A stretch of 64,000 nucleotides of DNA from Gracilinanus agilis. Taxonomy: Eukaryota. The notes under the pieces were generated by a model. It did no database searches. It was not told the origin of the DNA and saw only the letters and a list, made by a program, of their open reading frames with translations. Within the stretch, counting starts at the first letter, position 1. Every line of letters begins with the position of its first letter. The position numbers and the translations under genes were made by a program. Positions 62,365 through 64,000 of this stretch are shown here, in pieces. The DNA is taken from the NCBI RefSeq assembly GCF_016433145.1, contig NC_058132.1:624756837-624820836 (forward strand), written 5' to 3'.

Positions 62365-64000
62365 ATGCATCATTTTCAAATGCTTTTTGGCATCCCACAT
62401 TATGATTTCATTTATTTAGGGAACTCCTGGTGTAGTACATGTATCCAAAAATACAGACTGGCAAATTATCAGTAAACTAGCCTTGCCTCCAGGATTAAGA
62501 ATTTAAGTATTCTAAGATTTGAACATGGGTCTTGGGAACTAGTCAGTTCATACTGCCTCATCAACAGAAATTTTACTAATATTAAAATGGAATTTGATAA
62601 AAATAAATCAACATGTTTTCTTCTTTAGAGTTTATTTGACTACAAAAAGAAAAGAAATTAAACTACTAGGGCTGTTTCTTAAAATTGAATATATCCACAA
62701 AATGAATCAAAAGATAATGAAACTACAGTTTACATCAATATAACCAGAGGAAGGATAAGCTTATCCTTTTAAAACCAAAATATCTTTATCAAAAAGGAAT
62801 TTATAATACCCTAATTTCTTCATGAGACCGTTTATAAAAATCACTGACCTATAGAAGTTAATTATAAGAGAATGCCTTGTTTCAATGTAATTACCAAAAA
62901 CCCTATAAAGTAGGGAAATAAACTGCTACCTCAACCAATATTTCACATCCTGAAGGGCAGACAAAGAGGGCGAGGAGGACAGTGATACTTTTTGAGATGG
63001 TTAAGAGCTCCATTATACTGAATTGCCATTAAAGCTGAAAAGGTAACATTTATATATTACGGAGCTAAGAAATTTATCTGATTACTACCATGGTTAGAGA
63101 AGGATTGGAAAAGGCTAAGTCAGTGAAGCAGTGAATGAAAAAAGTCAATGGACTATTCTAATGATCTATGAAATCTGCAAGGTAAGACAGAAAGCTTAAG
63201 AGTTCTGGGATACAGCAAAACCCAATCCATAGGAGAAAACTAGAGAAGGTATACATAATCCAATGCAAACTGATCAGAAAACCTAAAGAAGAAAATTCTA
63301 GACCAAACTAATTTAATTATCATGAGACGTGTTTAACTCTTTTACATATATACACCAAAACAAGAAAATGAAACCACTGGATTTCAAGGTAGAGCTAGAG
63401 CTTGGACCTGTGATTTCAGTAGGATGGGAACTTCTTTTATGGAACTTATTGGGAATTGCCCAAGATTACACAGCAGCCATGTTTCAGAGATGGGACTTGA
63501 GACTAGTTCTTTAAGGTTCTAAGGCTGTGTCTCAATCTGCTATATTAGTTAGGTGTATAAATGTGAAGCAGAGCTCTTTTCCACTTTTTAAATCAACTTT
63601 TTCAGATGCTTCCTTCTTGTCTGAAGGTCTACTAAAGTCTTATGAATACTACAATAATAATATGAACTAGGATTACACATGATATAGTATTTTCATACAA
63701 CATTGTTGAAGAGTGGTACATTCACCCAGGGAGCTACAGACTGGAGAACAAAATTTTTCTCAGATTGTGAGACTATAAGGACAATTCAGTGTGGAGATTT
63801 CTCAGGTGGTTCAATCTAGTCAAGAGGGTCACTGAAAGTAAGGCTGTCCTAAAGGTTATCTGGTAAAATCTGGACACTTTCCTTCCAAAATGAAAGATAC
63901 CCAATAATTCCCTGGGTTATTGGGGCCAACCTGGAATCAAACTGAGGATCTTCCTTTAGCAGCTAAGGATAGACAATAAAGTCTCTGTACCTCAAAAATC

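Larger units (their letters stand above)
1030..64000 (-). other. IRS1: IRS1 intron lying in the 3' UTR; at least 63 kb, 5' end outside the window
   Basis: No credible coding exon between the acceptor and the right edge. Most L1 fragments are antisense to the gene. IRS1 is known to have one large coding exon and one intron. Confidence 0.8.

Overview
This window is AT-rich marsupial genomic DNA. The SINE, L1 and LTR types point to a didelphid opossum. It has two N-gaps and no supportable protein-coding exon; every ORF in the supplied track is explained by repeats, microsatellites, gaps or chance. Bases 1029 down to 1 on the minus strand are the start of the non-coding terminal exon (3' UTR) of IRS1. 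I recognised this from recalled similarity to the human IRS1 3' UTR, and it is preceded by a strong splice acceptor at 1030-1031. The rest of the window (1030-64000) is IRS1's very long 3'-UTR intron, and the coding exon lies beyond the right edge. The intron is filled with CORE-SINEs, L1, L2, CR1/L3, RTE, solo LTRs and hAT MITEs, with several non-repeat, CpG-retaining enhancer-like islands between them. The best leads are: (1) a CpG-rich element about 2.1-2.6 kb upstream of the terminal exon that has an acceptor, an AATAAA, three tandem GTAAG donors and two palindromes, and could be an alternative 3' exon, an NMD poison exon or an internal promoter; (2) an open phase-0 frame at the start of the 'non-coding' exon, a possible readthrough extension; (3) a dense set of miRNA, Pumilio and proximal poly(A) signals in the UTR; (4) a 206-bp OposCharlie1-like hAT MITE, from a family known for horizontal transfer; (5) a triple nuclear-receptor half-site. 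I found no clear evidence of a wholly new biological system; these leads are hypotheses.
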